A stretch of DNA of 64,000 nt from a phage, in the NCBI GenBank assembly GCA_029942545.1, contig GCA_029942545.1_4114.1. The stretch is one strand, 5' to 3'. Below the pieces are notes generated by a model. The model was given only the letters and a program-made list of their open reading frames with translations, was not told where the DNA came from and searched no databases. Shown here piece by piece: positions 15,955 to 25,504 of this stretch. Made by a program: the position numbers and the translations under genes. Every line of letters begins with the position of its first letter. Positions within the stretch are counted from its first letter, which is position 1.

Positions 15955-16172
15955 AAATCATTACCGATGTAGAATACCTAACAATCATAAATGGACTGTT
16001 TTTGAAGCTCTTCGTCATTAACACATCAGATATACCAGATATGGATAAAATTATTAAGAGAAATGAAGTCTATGTTCTAGCTACCCTTGGAACGAACTAT
16101 CAAGAACACGACATTAAAGATTATATTAATACACTTAAACGAGCTATTGAACTAAAATGCCAAAACCACTAG
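15939..16172 (+). CDS. family A small paralog
   Basis: motif LGTNYQEHDI. Confidence 0.65.
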   Translation: MQMQMKIITDVEYLTIINGLFLKLFVINTSDIPDMDKIIKRNEVYVLATLGTNYQEHDIKDYINTLKRAIELKCQNH

Positions 16173-16372
16173 GAACAGCAGAATACATTGAACTCATGGG
16201 ATTACACTTCTCATCCTTTCAGAAACTTATGCGAGAATCAAAGAATGATTTAGAATATACCATCAGAGGTTCCGATTTAAGAATGCTTCTCACCCTAGAC
16301 ACAGATTCCCAAGAGCGATTTGTCAATGAGCATATTAGAGCACTTTTAATGGAAATTAAAAGTAAACTATGA
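16157..16372 (+). CDS. family A small paralog
   Basis: motif LDTDSQERFV. Confidence 0.65.
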   Translation: MPKPLGTAEYIELMGLHFSSFQKLMRESKNDLEYTIRGSDLRMLLTLDTDSQERFVNEHIRALLMEIKSKL

Positions 16373-16584
16373 AGATAATATCAAACCAAGAGTACTTGGC
16401 ACTATTCAGGAAGAATAATCACAAATATATGGCACTTGATTCAAGAACTGATATAAGTGAACTTGAAAAAAATCTTTTGCGTTCAGATATGATAGTACTG
16501 ACACTCTTAGGAACACAGCATCAAGAGAGAACTGTTAATTCATACATAGGTATTCTTATACAGATAGTACAGGAAAAGATATGA
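16369..16584 (+). CDS. family A small paralog
   Basis: motif LGTQHQERTV; ATGA overlap. Confidence 0.65.
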   Translation: MKIISNQEYLALFRKNNHKYMALDSRTDISELEKNLLRSDMIVLTLLGTQHQERTVNSYIGILIQIVQEKI

Positions 16585-16802
16585 GAATCATAACACAACA
16601 AGATATTCTTAAGTTCACAAGGGTTCATGCATCTGAATTTGATGCTATATTATCAAAAAGTTACAACAACCCTTATACAGAAGATGTACACTACAATGAA
16701 TTATGGATGTATATACTTTTAGGTACAAATAAGCAAGAGCAAGCCGTACAGAAGTATTTGACAGCTTTACGTGATGCTACAGCTAATGGAGTATGTGTTT
16801 AA
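16581..16802 (+). CDS. family A small paralog
   Basis: motif LGTNKQEQAV; ATGA overlap. Confidence 0.65.
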   Translation: MRIITQQDILKFTRVHASEFDAILSKSYNNPYTEDVHYNELWMYILLGTNKQEQAVQKYLTALRDATANGVCV

Positions 16803-16803
16803 T

Positions 16804-17046
16804 ATGAAAGTACTGACAGAACTAGAAATGTATCATAGATTTAATAAGTACTATCATTTACTTAAACCTATACAGAGGATTAAGTGTCCCTTTGTAGTGA
16901 AACAGGTATTAATTTATGAGCATAAGTTATTTGTATCATTAGGTACGAATGAACAAGAGTATTATTTGAAGTTGTACTTGATTACATTAATAGATTTAAT
17001 TCACTATAAAACCAAACAAGCTAATAAAGAGAAATATGAAAACTAA
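16804..17046 (+). CDS. family A small paralog
   Basis: motif LGTNEQEYYL; ATG 16804 directly after upstream stop; track start 16771 is upstream. Confidence 0.6.
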   Translation: MKVLTELEMYHRFNKYYHLLKPIQRIKCPFVVKQVLIYEHKLFVSLGTNEQEYYLKLYLITLIDLIHYKTKQANKEKYEN

Positions 17047-17377
17047 TATTCAACTCAATGTATACAGTTCAGAAGAACATACATATATAAAATGCAGTCT
17101 ATGTAAAGATGTAATGGACTACAAGGGTAAGCCATTCACAATTACTTATGATTCTTATGTTAATGATTTATATATATCATTTCTTAATTACGAAAAGAAA
17201 ATATACAAGCACGTTGATATTAAAGATTTAAGTACTTTATCAGCAGAGGAATACTTTCAGGAATCGTTAGTATGGGATTTGGAGTTTCCTATGCCATTAG
17301 TACACAAAATGGTGGTCCTAATGAAAGAAGCTAAACCGGAGTTTAATGGTTATGAAGAACACATTATTGAGTACTGA
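17036..17377 (+). CDS. family B paralog (FQxS-motif protein)
   Basis: motif SAEEYFQESLVWD; first member of the array. Confidence 0.65.
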   Translation: MKTNIQLNVYSSEEHTYIKCSLCKDVMDYKGKPFTITYDSYVNDLYISFLNYEKKIYKHVDIKDLSTLSAEEYFQESLVWDLEFPMPLVHKMVVLMKEAKPEFNGYEEHIIEY

Positions 17378-17388
17378 TACAAATTATC

Positions 17389-17417
17389 TTGACAGTACGG
17401 TAAGGTAGTGCTATAGT
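17389..17417 (+). promoter_or_regulatory. sigma70-type promoter (TTGACA-N17-TATAGT)
   Basis: -35 17389-17394, -10 17412-17417. Confidence 0.55.
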
Positions 17418-17457
17418 ACTTTCACATTTAATGTACGTTCAATAAAGGGTAGATATT

Positions 17458-17703
17458 ATGTTAAATTTTTTAAATTTCCTTATCGTCTTGTGTATTGTTC
17501 TTGGAATTGCACCGTTTGTATTAGCGTATCTGGATTCAGATGAAATGCAGAAGATGAATTGCACAAAGACAGGACAGAGTAGAGAAGAGACGGTTATGAT
17601 GCCTGTAACGGTTATTGTGAATAACATACCAATTACGAACATGATTCCTACCCTAACGACAACGTACCAGTACTCTTGTGCAGACGGAGAGAGGTGGAGA
17701 TGA
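17458..17703 (+). CDS. small membrane protein (81 aa)
   Basis: hydrophobic N-terminus LNFLNFLIVLCIVLGIAPFVLAYL; own promoter. Confidence 0.55.
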   Translation: MLNFLNFLIVLCIVLGIAPFVLAYLDSDEMQKMNCTKTGQSREETVMMPVTVIVNNIPITNMIPTLTTTYQYSCADGERWR

Positions 17704-18020
17704 AATTTAATATAGCAAAAACATCTAATGTATGTATATTTGGTTATGCTGATGAGTTAGGTGATCTTGACATTCTATTGTACAAAAAGGATGGTGTTAT
17801 GCATTTCAAGTACCAGGATGAAGAGGCAGACAATTATCCTTTACCTAATTTAGTACAAATGCAGGAAGAGGAATTATTCCAGTACAGCTTAGTATATGAC
17901 ATTGATATTTGCACGATGCCAGTACTAATTAATATTCAAAAAGTGATGCTCGATGTGTTTGATAGGCTAATACAAGGCACACAAGGAAGAACCATATATG
18001 TCAATGTACAAGACAATTAA
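17700..18020 (+). CDS. family B paralog
   Basis: motif QEEELFQYSLVYD; ATG 17700 overlaps upstream stop (ATGA); track start 17676 is upstream. Confidence 0.6.
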   Translation: MKFNIAKTSNVCIFGYADELGDLDILLYKKDGVMHFKYQDEEADNYPLPNLVQMQEEELFQYSLVYDIDICTMPVLINIQKVMLDVFDRLIQGTQGRTIYVNVQDN

Positions 18021-18213
18021 TCAAGAATGGAAGACCCAAAAGTACAGGGAATTCAGTACTAGTTTAACAAAAGATGAATTGAATTTAAAAAGAACAGAGT
18101 TTGATATGTTTATTTTTCTTGGAACACGTTCACAGGAACAATACATTCATTATTATATAAGTTCATTGCGAACGGAGATCGTATGCAAAACACAGGGTAT
18201 TATAAAAAAGTAA
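17998..18213 (+). CDS. family A small paralog (interspersed in family B array)
   Basis: motif FLGTRSQEQYI. Confidence 0.6.
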   Translation: MSMYKTINQEWKTQKYREFSTSLTKDELNLKRTEFDMFIFLGTRSQEQYIHYYISSLRTEIVCKTQGIIKK

Positions 18214-18449
18214 ACCAATATTTGTACGCATCGAAGTACAGGGATTTTTGTTTAAAGGGTGGTGATGAAGATTTTTCTTTGCGATTATCAGAATTTAATC
18301 TGTTATTTTATCTTGGTACATCGGAACAAGAAGAAATGGCACAGAAATTTATCAAGCACCTTGAACAAAAAATTCATATGCAAATTTTGATGCTTAAGGT
18401 ACATAATGAGATAAACAAATATGAACCCAACAATAGTACAGGATCTTAA
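18183..18449 (+). CDS. family A small paralog (interspersed)
   Basis: motif YLGTSEQEEMA. Confidence 0.6.
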   Translation: MQNTGYYKKVNQYLYASKYRDFCLKGGDEDFSLRLSEFNLLFYLGTSEQEEMAQKFIKHLEQKIHMQILMLKVHNEINKYEPNNSTGS

Positions 18450-18810
18450 ACAAGTAATATTCCTTTTGAATACAAGAAGTGAAATGTATACAGAGTTTAA
18501 AGAGATTAATGCATTTTATCAGAATTTTGTAATTCAAGAGTTCAGTGATTTAATTACAGATGCATTATTTGAATTATCGGAAAAATACAAAGGAACAGAG
18601 TTCAGTGTTAAAAATGTATTACGTTCTTTATCAACGCGTATAATAAAATTAGATCATTTTACATTTGACAATAAAGATTTATTCAGTCACAATCCAAGTA
18701 CAGCTTTATATTTTATTCCTGATTCAGACAAAAATCATCCTATTCATTACGGATGGATTTTGTCGTACATAGTACAAGGAAAGGAGTATCCTATTAAATG
18801 GAACGATTAG
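18421..18810 (+). CDS. hypothetical protein (129 aa)
   Basis: ORF track; no family motif. Confidence 0.5.
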   Translation: MNPTIVQDLKQVIFLLNTRSEMYTEFKEINAFYQNFVIQEFSDLITDALFELSEKYKGTEFSVKNVLRSLSTRIIKLDHFTFDNKDLFSHNPSTALYFIPDSDKNHPIHYGWILSYIVQGKEYPIKWND

Positions 18811-18958
18811 GGCGATTAGATTATTACACAATTAATACAAATTATTTGTTGCGTAATATAAAATCCGATTACAAAATATGGATAAAGAACAGAGATAGTA
18901 TGTGTTATGAATTTTATTTAGATTATGCCATCAAACGCTTTTTAAGAGAAGAACATTA

Positions 18959-19150
18959 ATGCACACCACGCACACAGAGCACAAAAATACAAAAACGATA
19001 AATGTTTTAAATGATTCTTTATTGGTGAGTATAAATTTATATTATAAAATTCATTTAAATGGTGGTATTGAAAATTTTAGTTATTATTTGAGTACAATAT
19101 CGCAAGAGCATTTAATATACCAAGATCATTTATTGCACCCGAATCCATAA
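18959..19150 (+). CDS. hypothetical protein (63 aa)
   Basis: ORF track; no RBS seen. Confidence 0.35.
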   Translation: MHTTHTEHKNTKTINVLNDSLLVSINLYYKIHLNGGIENFSYYLSTISQEHLIYQDHLLHPNP

Positions 19151-19158
19151 GGCAAATT

Positions 19159-19710
19159 ATGAATGATATAGAATTATTAGCACACAAGATTAGTACAATA
19201 ATGCTTATCCTCAATAACAACCATCCTATATCGAAGATAGATGGAATCCTGAGTCAGAGGACAGGTGGTAGTTTATATTTGACATTAACAGAGGTTATCG
19301 CAAGGAATTACATTGATATTGAAATCGAGAACAGTGATGCATCAGGAAAGGTTAATGTAGGTGCAGGTGCATTAATCAGTTCAAATCCAGTATCAGCATC
19401 CCCATTAACCAAAGGTGTTAGTACAGGATTCGAAGGGTATTTGTGGTACAATACCAATGATGATTATTTTATATATCAGAAGTCAAATACCAATTACGAT
19501 GAAGATAAGTTTTATTTTATAAACCCCAACGATGAAGCTGAAGTATTTCAAAAATCATTAATTTTAACCCATCATCAGATGTTATATCTAATGTTATTCA
19601 GTACAATGCATTTGAATCCATTAATTAAAGGTTTAAAATTTTATATTCAATTGAAATTAGTCCATGTAGTTTATGATTTATTAATGCAAGGATATAGTTA
19701 TGAAGTATAA
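19159..19710 (+). CDS. family B paralog
   Basis: motif DEAEVFQKSLILT. Confidence 0.65.
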   Translation: MNDIELLAHKISTIMLILNNNHPISKIDGILSQRTGGSLYLTLTEVIARNYIDIEIENSDASGKVNVGAGALISSNPVSASPLTKGVSTGFEGYLWYNTNDDYFIYQKSNTNYDEDKFYFINPNDEAEVFQKSLILTHHQMLYLMLFSTMHLNPLIKGLKFYIQLKLVHVVYDLLMQGYSYEV

Positions 19711-20011
19711 AATGCTGTATACCCCAGATATGATTTATGTTGAATTAGAAGATGATGACGATGGGTGGAATTTGATTTATTCAAGAAGTTCAGGTTGGTA
19801 CATGGCACATTTAAATGATTCGATAGTTACAGATTATTTTTTAGATTTCAATACATTATCCGATGAAGAATTGTTCCAACAGCAATTAGTGATTGACACG
19901 GGTGGTTATGATGTCTTATTATTAAAAAAGATACAGAAAGCTGTTATTGATTTTAAGCCCATGATATGGCAAAGGAAATATTATGACCTCGAAGTACCGT
20001 ACCAGCAATGA
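19700..20011 (+). CDS. family B paralog
   Basis: motif DEELFQQQLVID. Confidence 0.65.
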   Translation: MKYKMLYTPDMIYVELEDDDDGWNLIYSRSSGWYMAHLNDSIVTDYFLDFNTLSDEELFQQQLVIDTGGYDVLLLKKIQKAVIDFKPMIWQRKYYDLEVPYQQ

Positions 20012-20549
20012 AATTCAGTACACCTACGCTAATGCAATCCTTATGGGACAAAAGTTAGCTTGTATTGTTGCAGCCTTATATAATGCCCAGAAATATCACA
20101 AGCGTCATTTCCACAAATGTATTGGTATTATTCCATCGAAGTACAATACATATATTGCGTGCACGAGTCATTTTGATAAACGATTCAATACACCTGATAC
20201 CCCAAATGCCAGTAGTGTTATTGGTCTTTTGGATTTCGCACCTGGTGCTGTTATTGGAAAGAATGATTTAGAGTACACATGGTATAATAAAAATGCCCCG
20301 TTAGTAATGGTAAAATATGATACAGAAACGAATAAAACAATAGAGTACAATACATATAAATCAGAGGAAGAATTTTTCCAAGGTTCATTGCTTGTGCCAG
20401 TGCGTTTGTTGTTTTATAATGTCCTTATTAGTACAGTACACAATAGTCCATTACACAAGAATCACAAAATTAATTTCAATTTTTGTGCTTATGCGATTGA
20501 TGGTGTGTATGAGTGTTTAATGGAGGTATTGAGTTATGAAGCTGAATAA
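19983..20549 (+). CDS. family B paralog
   Basis: motif SEEEFFQGSLLVP. Confidence 0.65.
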   Translation: MTSKYRTSNEIQYTYANAILMGQKLACIVAALYNAQKYHKRHFHKCIGIIPSKYNTYIACTSHFDKRFNTPDTPNASSVIGLLDFAPGAVIGKNDLEYTWYNKNAPLVMVKYDTETNKTIEYNTYKSEEEFFQGSLLVPVRLLFYNVLISTVHNSPLHKNHKINFNFCAYAIDGVYECLMEVLSYEAE

Positions 20550-20877
20550 TACATTTGATATTAATAAGTTAAGAGAATGGTTTTATAGTATTGAAATTGA
20601 AGCCATCCCGTATCATAGATATGAACAATATAATTTAACCAGTATTGATATCAGTGAGTTGTACGCGTATTATCAAAGTGCATTAGAGATGCATAAGTTA
20701 TTTTTGAGTACAGATTTTGTTCTAAATTACAATTTTGAGGAATTTAATAATTATAATTTAGTACAGAAATATGTAGTAGCAAAGTATATGTACCTTCAAG
20801 GAATTACAAGTAATTTGGAATTCAATACAGTCCTTGCTTTAGTTGAGGTAATTTTATGCAGTACATGTATGATTTAG
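20536..20877 (+). CDS. hypothetical protein (113 aa)
   Basis: ORF track; in array but no clear motif. Confidence 0.5.
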   Translation: MKLNNTFDINKLREWFYSIEIEAIPYHRYEQYNLTSIDISELYAYYQSALEMHKLFLSTDFVLNYNFEEFNNYNLVQKYVVAKYMYLQGITSNLEFNTVLALVEVILCSTCMI

Positions 20878-21362
20878 AGTTCAGCTTAGATGCTGCATTT
20901 AAATATGTTCACAAGATAGAAACAATATACAGTACATTATGTGCAATAAAATCAGTAACAGAAGAGCTTGATGTTGGTGAAAAATATCAGGTATGGAATA
21001 ATACATTTCTAAACAAAGAACGTTGCTCTACGGGGTTTAATATTTTAACATTTAATCCCAGCAATTGTTACCCAGAGAAGCATGAACGTTATCCGAATGA
21101 CGACATGTGGTTTGATTACACAAAAGATGGTGATATGTCATCCCTTGTAGTTCCTGATGATTTTAATGCCGAAGATTTAACGGAAGAGTGGTGGTTTCAA
21201 CAGAATTTAGTACACGATGATATTGATTTATTTTTTTATGTAGTATTTAAAATGCTTTACCACAACAATATATTAAAAGATAGTGTGTTTTTTTCATGTC
21301 TATATATTGATGATTTGTACAATGAAATCCAAATCAACATACCCAGAACGCCTGTATCGTAA
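20856..21362 (+). CDS. family B paralog
   Basis: motif TEEWWFQQNLVHD. Confidence 0.65.
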   Translation: MQYMYDLEFSLDAAFKYVHKIETIYSTLCAIKSVTEELDVGEKYQVWNNTFLNKERCSTGFNILTFNPSNCYPEKHERYPNDDMWFDYTKDGDMSSLVVPDDFNAEDLTEEWWFQQNLVHDDIDLFFYVVFKMLYHNNILKDSVFFSCLYIDDLYNEIQINIPRTPVS

Positions 21363-21387
21363 GATATGGGCTTTTTTCGTTTTGGTA

Positions 21388-21416
21388 TTGACAAAGAAGT
21401 GCAAAGCTGTTATCAT
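21388..21416 (+). promoter_or_regulatory. internal sigma70-type promoter (TTGACA-N17-TATCAT)
   Basis: -35 21388-21393, -10 21411-21416; followed by RBS AAGGAG and a GTG start. Confidence 0.5.
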
Positions 21417-21444
21417 GTGTAATCATTTTAAAGGAGAACATATA

Positions 21445-21957
21445 GTGAGTTTCATAATCCCTAGTACATACGAAGATGCATCAAGTGCAGTTCATAAGAT
21501 TCATTATATTTTTAATTTAATTATTAGATCTGCAAAAATTAAAATGTATGCACCTCTTGTGGAATACGATAAAAATGAGGAAATTTTTGTTAGCACAGAC
21601 CAAATTATTTTTCCATATTTCAATGAAGATAGATTGTGGTTCATGCATTTAGCTGCATTACAAAAATATAAAATGTCAATTCGTAATAATTTGGATATAC
21701 CGTTATATCATCCTGATATTGGAGAGGATGAATATTTTCAGTACAGTACAGTACACCGCCATGAAGATATCTTTGTTGCTATGCTTATTGCTAAATTGAA
21801 TACCGTTGATTTGGAGCAGTACAAATACAATAATAAATCATGTAAGATCATAATCCCTGCATTCATAGCTCTTTATGATTATGTGGTGCATAACAAAAAA
21901 GATGATACATATGCTTTCAATGAAGAGTATTTGAATTTTTTTAAGGAGAACATATGA
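21445..21957 (+). CDS. family B paralog (GTG start)
   Basis: motif GEDEYFQYSTVHR; GTG 21445 is 8 nt after AAGGAG; track start 21283 lies upstream of the promoter. Confidence 0.6.
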   Translation: MSFIIPSTYEDASSAVHKIHYIFNLIIRSAKIKMYAPLVEYDKNEEIFVSTDQIIFPYFNEDRLWFMHLAALQKYKMSIRNNLDIPLYHPDIGEDEYFQYSTVHRHEDIFVAMLIAKLNTVDLEQYKYNNKSCKIIIPAFIALYDYVVHNKKDDTYAFNEEYLNFFKENI

Positions 21958-22481
21958 GCAGTGAAGTGCTGAAATCAATGACATTCAATGAAATTGGTAC
22001 ATTTAAAGATAAGATCATTGATTGCATTGAATACATGATTTGTAGTAATATCGAAAGTATCGAGATATTTAACAAGACAAATCGCTCTTACCATATGATG
22101 TACATTGCAAACAATAATGGTATCATTCCATTTATTTCGGATAGTACAATATGGTACGCATGTGATACGAAAAAAACCACAATAGGTTTACATTCATTTG
22201 AGACACATTATGATCTAATTATTCCTGAACATTGTATGCAAGAAGAAGAATATTTTCAAATGCAATGTATACATTCACCATTAGTGTTGTTTAGTTTATA
22301 TATTATACCTTATATCACCAAATGTGTTCATGAGAATAAAGCTCCGTGGAATCATGAATTTGTATCGTTGAAGTTATTGTATAATGTATTAGTAGAATAT
22401 TATGATTACAGGCACAATGGTACAATCAGTGATGTATGGGATTTTGAATCGCTAAGGGTGAAAACATACACAGGTGAATGA
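21954..22481 (+). CDS. family B paralog
   Basis: motif QEEEYFQMQCIHS; RBS AAGGAG. Confidence 0.65.
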   Translation: MSSEVLKSMTFNEIGTFKDKIIDCIEYMICSNIESIEIFNKTNRSYHMMYIANNNGIIPFISDSTIWYACDTKKTTIGLHSFETHYDLIIPEHCMQEEEYFQMQCIHSPLVLFSLYIIPYITKCVHENKAPWNHEFVSLKLLYNVLVEYYDYRHNGTISDVWDFESLRVKTYTGE

Positions 22482-22482
22482 T

Positions 22483-23097
22483 ATGACCAGAATTAAAATG
22501 TATGATTTGATGCTGTACAGTAAAATTGCCATTCCAGTGCTTAATAAAGTGCTGGATGCATTCATTGCCAAATACCCTGAGAATTCAGTGTTATGTATTC
22601 CATTTAGTGTTCCAGATAAAGATGATATATTCCAAGTGAATGTCAGTACACGTGGTATTACATTGCAGCAGAAATATATGGATACGGAATATTATGGAAT
22701 AAAGTTGGATTCAGTACAGGGTTCTAAATCAGCCTATGATTTTTTTGTTCCTAATAACATCGAGTCATGGGAAACAAACATTTCAAAGAAAGATGAAAAT
22801 GATGTTCCTATTAGTGGTGTGTTCAACAATAAAGTTTTTTATTATTACGAAACCGACAAATTCCCTGAAGAGTTATATTACAATTCAGAAATGAATGAAG
22901 ATGTAGATGCATTCATGTTTCAATTATCGTTAGTACATGATATCATTGATGTTCAAGAGTTAAGAGCAGAAATCAATTTAGCTAAAGAGTTATCGGACAT
23001 GCTCCCACCGTTTAGTATGCTTTTTTGTGAAGGAGGTTATTTTTCAAAAGAAGTGTTTGAACATTTCGTAGATGTTGTAAAAGGGTTGGATATATAG
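22483..23097 (+). CDS. family B paralog
   Basis: motif VDAFMFQLSLVHD; ATG 22483 with AGGTGA RBS; track start 22474 is GTG (alternative). Confidence 0.6.
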   Translation: MTRIKMYDLMLYSKIAIPVLNKVLDAFIAKYPENSVLCIPFSVPDKDDIFQVNVSTRGITLQQKYMDTEYYGIKLDSVQGSKSAYDFFVPNNIESWETNISKKDENDVPISGVFNNKVFYYYETDKFPEELYYNSEMNEDVDAFMFQLSLVHDIIDVQELRAEINLAKELSDMLPPFSMLFCEGGYFSKEVFEHFVDVVKGLDI

Positions 23098-23098
23098 T

Positions 23099-23293
23099 AT
23101 GCTTATAATTGATATTAAACAAAAATACCGTAAGTTTGATTGGTTCACCGATAGTTTCCAGCTTGAATTATTACATATGAATATCAGTGAAACATTATGT
23201 GCAGAAACACAAGATGAATTTGATGATAGAGTGATGAACATAGTAATGCTTTCTTGCTTTAAACATTTTGGTTATTTTTTCGGACAGAATTGA
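23099..23293 (+). CDS. hypothetical protein (64 aa)
   Basis: ORF track; degenerate FQLELL. Confidence 0.45.
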   Translation: MLIIDIKQKYRKFDWFTDSFQLELLHMNISETLCAETQDEFDDRVMNIVMLSCFKHFGYFFGQN

Positions 23294-23301
23294 GGTAAAA
23301 A

Positions 23302-23817
23302 ATGCATCAACACAAGCATCATTCATATGATTTTGCAATTAACATTATGAAGTTCATTCGAGCGTTGGAGGATGGGAAGCTTAGTCATAAGTACAGGAAA
23401 GAGGGTAACAATTGGTTCAGAAATGATTCCGAGTTCAGTTGTCATAAAATCGTGTATAGTAATCAGTACAGTGCCAATTACCTACAAGATGTAGTGATGT
23501 GTTTTGAATACGTGTTGCAGTTCAGGGGTTCAATCCAAGATGAGTTGATGGAGAACATGTACATCCGATACCTTCCAATGCTCAAAGATGAAAATGTATT
23601 ATTAAATTCAATATACCAACGAGTTCGTGAAATTGAGTGCAGGGATATATTAGATACAGAAGAATCGTATTTCCAGCAATCCCTGATTTATTCACCTGAT
23701 TTATTACAGGTACATAATTTGTTTAATACATTACGTCAGAACATCAGTACAGACATATTTTTGTCATTATCGGATTATGATACATTTGTCAAAGATTTAG
23801 AGGAAATAGGTTTATGA
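23302..23817 (+). CDS. family B paralog
   Basis: motif TEESYFQQSLIYS. Confidence 0.65.
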   Translation: MHQHKHHSYDFAINIMKFIRALEDGKLSHKYRKEGNNWFRNDSEFSCHKIVYSNQYSANYLQDVVMCFEYVLQFRGSIQDELMENMYIRYLPMLKDENVLLNSIYQRVREIECRDILDTEESYFQQSLIYSPDLLQVHNLFNTLRQNISTDIFLSLSDYDTFVKDLEEIGL

Positions 23818-24155
23818 GTCGATTTTCGGTTTGTGTGGTAAACATAAAAAGTGATGGTAGTTTAATTGAATTAGATGTATATGATGATGATAATGCATAT
23901 GGTATTAAAGTACAGGACAATGATGTGCAGTTCAGTTCAAGAACAAATTTTGAAAATCCAGTCCAAGTTCCTAATTTCATAGAAGATGAAGCAGCACGTT
24001 TCCAATACGAAACGGCATATGACAATGTACATATGCATATTATTATGCAACAAAGTTTAGTTCAATTAGTTCCTTTGTTCAGACAAAATATATATGTACA
24101 TGAATTGTCGATCAATGACGTTCGCAGTTCCGTATTGTTCGATACAAATATGTAA
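23814..24155 (+). CDS. family B paralog
   Basis: motif EAARFQYETAYD; ATGA overlap. Confidence 0.6.
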   Translation: MSRFSVCVVNIKSDGSLIELDVYDDDNAYGIKVQDNDVQFSSRTNFENPVQVPNFIEDEAARFQYETAYDNVHMHIIMQQSLVQLVPLFRQNIYVHELSINDVRSSVLFDTNM

Positions 24156-24165
24156 GGAAAGTACA

Positions 24166-24708
24166 ATGAGTTTATTAGATACATTAGAAAAAGACAGAAG
24201 TGCAATTAAGCGTTTAAAAGAGCAAGTACAAAAGATTGTATACAACGTTGATAAGTTTGAGGTTCCCGGAAGATTTGGTGATATTTCCCATACGGAGATC
24301 AAATCCCTTAAGTCAGATTTGTTGATTAAAAATAAAAATGGGTTGATTTTAGTTTTGAGTTCAGATATGATGGGGGCAACACATAGTTATAATGCCGTAT
24401 CGGTGCGTTCAGAGTGTGAAGGTATATATCTATCACAGGGTTTCAATAGCGAGACACAGGTTTGTTTTTGTGATGCAGTACATGACCCTATGAAGTTCAC
24501 GAGAAGTGAAGCCCAAGCGTTATTAGAGCTATCAGACGAGAGTTTGTTTCAGTACAGTACAATGTATGACAATGATAAGCTTCGTTGTATGTACGCTGTA
24601 AAGCATTATACACAGGAGTTTTCTGGATTTGCATACCTTTTAGTTAGAACCAATACCAGATATATTGATATGTTAGAAGATTACATCGATAAAGTTGTTA
24701 ATGTATGA
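24166..24708 (+). CDS. family B paralog
   Basis: motif SDESLFQYSTMYD; ATG 24166 after RBS TAAGGAAA; track start 24094 is upstream. Confidence 0.6.
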   Translation: MSLLDTLEKDRSAIKRLKEQVQKIVYNVDKFEVPGRFGDISHTEIKSLKSDLLIKNKNGLILVLSSDMMGATHSYNAVSVRSECEGIYLSQGFNSETQVCFCDAVHDPMKFTRSEAQALLELSDESLFQYSTMYDNDKLRCMYAVKHYTQEFSGFAYLLVRTNTRYIDMLEDYIDKVVNV

Positions 24709-24723
24709 TTATGTGATGGGATA

Positions 24724-24891
24724 ATGCTGATGAAAGAGTTATTTGAAGATCAGTTCAATACATATGTGGATAATATTCTTTATTCCAGCCGTGCTAGTCA
24801 ACGAGGAAATCGTGCTTACAATATAGATTACCTATTAGTGGTGCTGAGTTCACAGTACACCTACGCTGTACAGAGGACATATTATGAATAA
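24724..24891 (+). CDS. small hypothetical protein (55 aa)
   Basis: ATG 24724 to TAA 24889-24891; fills a gap; below track cutoff. Confidence 0.3.
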   Translation: MLMKELFEDQFNTYVDNILYSSRASQRGNRAYNIDYLLVVLSSQYTYAVQRTYYE

Positions 24892-25087
24892 TTTTAGAGA
24901 TGTTGCTAAGGAGAAGTTCAAGTGCAGTTTAGATTTTGGGTTAAATGATTTTCTGACATGCACAATGTACAGGAATGATGATTATGAGCAATCCGTAATT
25001 TCGTTGCACAGATATTTCGAAATAATTTACGCAAGATATCTTAGAAGGTTAGAGGGAATAGGGGATTGGAATTATGATTACGTTTGA
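24884..25087 (+). CDS. hypothetical protein (67 aa)
   Basis: ORF track. Confidence 0.45.
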   Translation: MNNFRDVAKEKFKCSLDFGLNDFLTCTMYRNDDYEQSVISLHRYFEIIYARYLRRLEGIGDWNYDYV

Positions 25088-25298
25088 AGAGCCGGAAGTG
25101 GCATATTGCTTTAGTGTGAAAGGTTTTGAATTCATGATGGATTCTATTTTGAAGGATACATATTTGGTTCAGATTGCAGTTGCAGATAATACAGATAATG
25201 CATTACAGCGAGTATTGAATATATACGAGAGGACGAGTCGAAGGCTTTGTGCAATGAAAAGGATTGAAGAAATCAAGGTTTCTAGGCTGAATAAATAG
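25074..25298 (+). CDS. hypothetical protein (74 aa)
   Basis: ORF track. Confidence 0.45.
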   Translation: MITFEEPEVAYCFSVKGFEFMMDSILKDTYLVQIAVADNTDNALQRVLNIYERTSRRLCAMKRIEEIKVSRLNK

Positions 25299-25504
25299 AG
25301 ACGTTTCATTTTGACAGGCCGCAGGGGGGGGTCAAAAAAATTTCCGCTGAAAAACATGCTAAGGTATATGTTTAATATAAAGTTTTATATTGTGTTTTTC
25401 AGAGTACAGTTCATGTTTCCTTAAACAAAAAAATACCCCGCCGCTGCTACGTGCTCCTTATATTGGAGTTTACCTTATTAATTACAGTAGAGATTACAAT
25501 TGAA

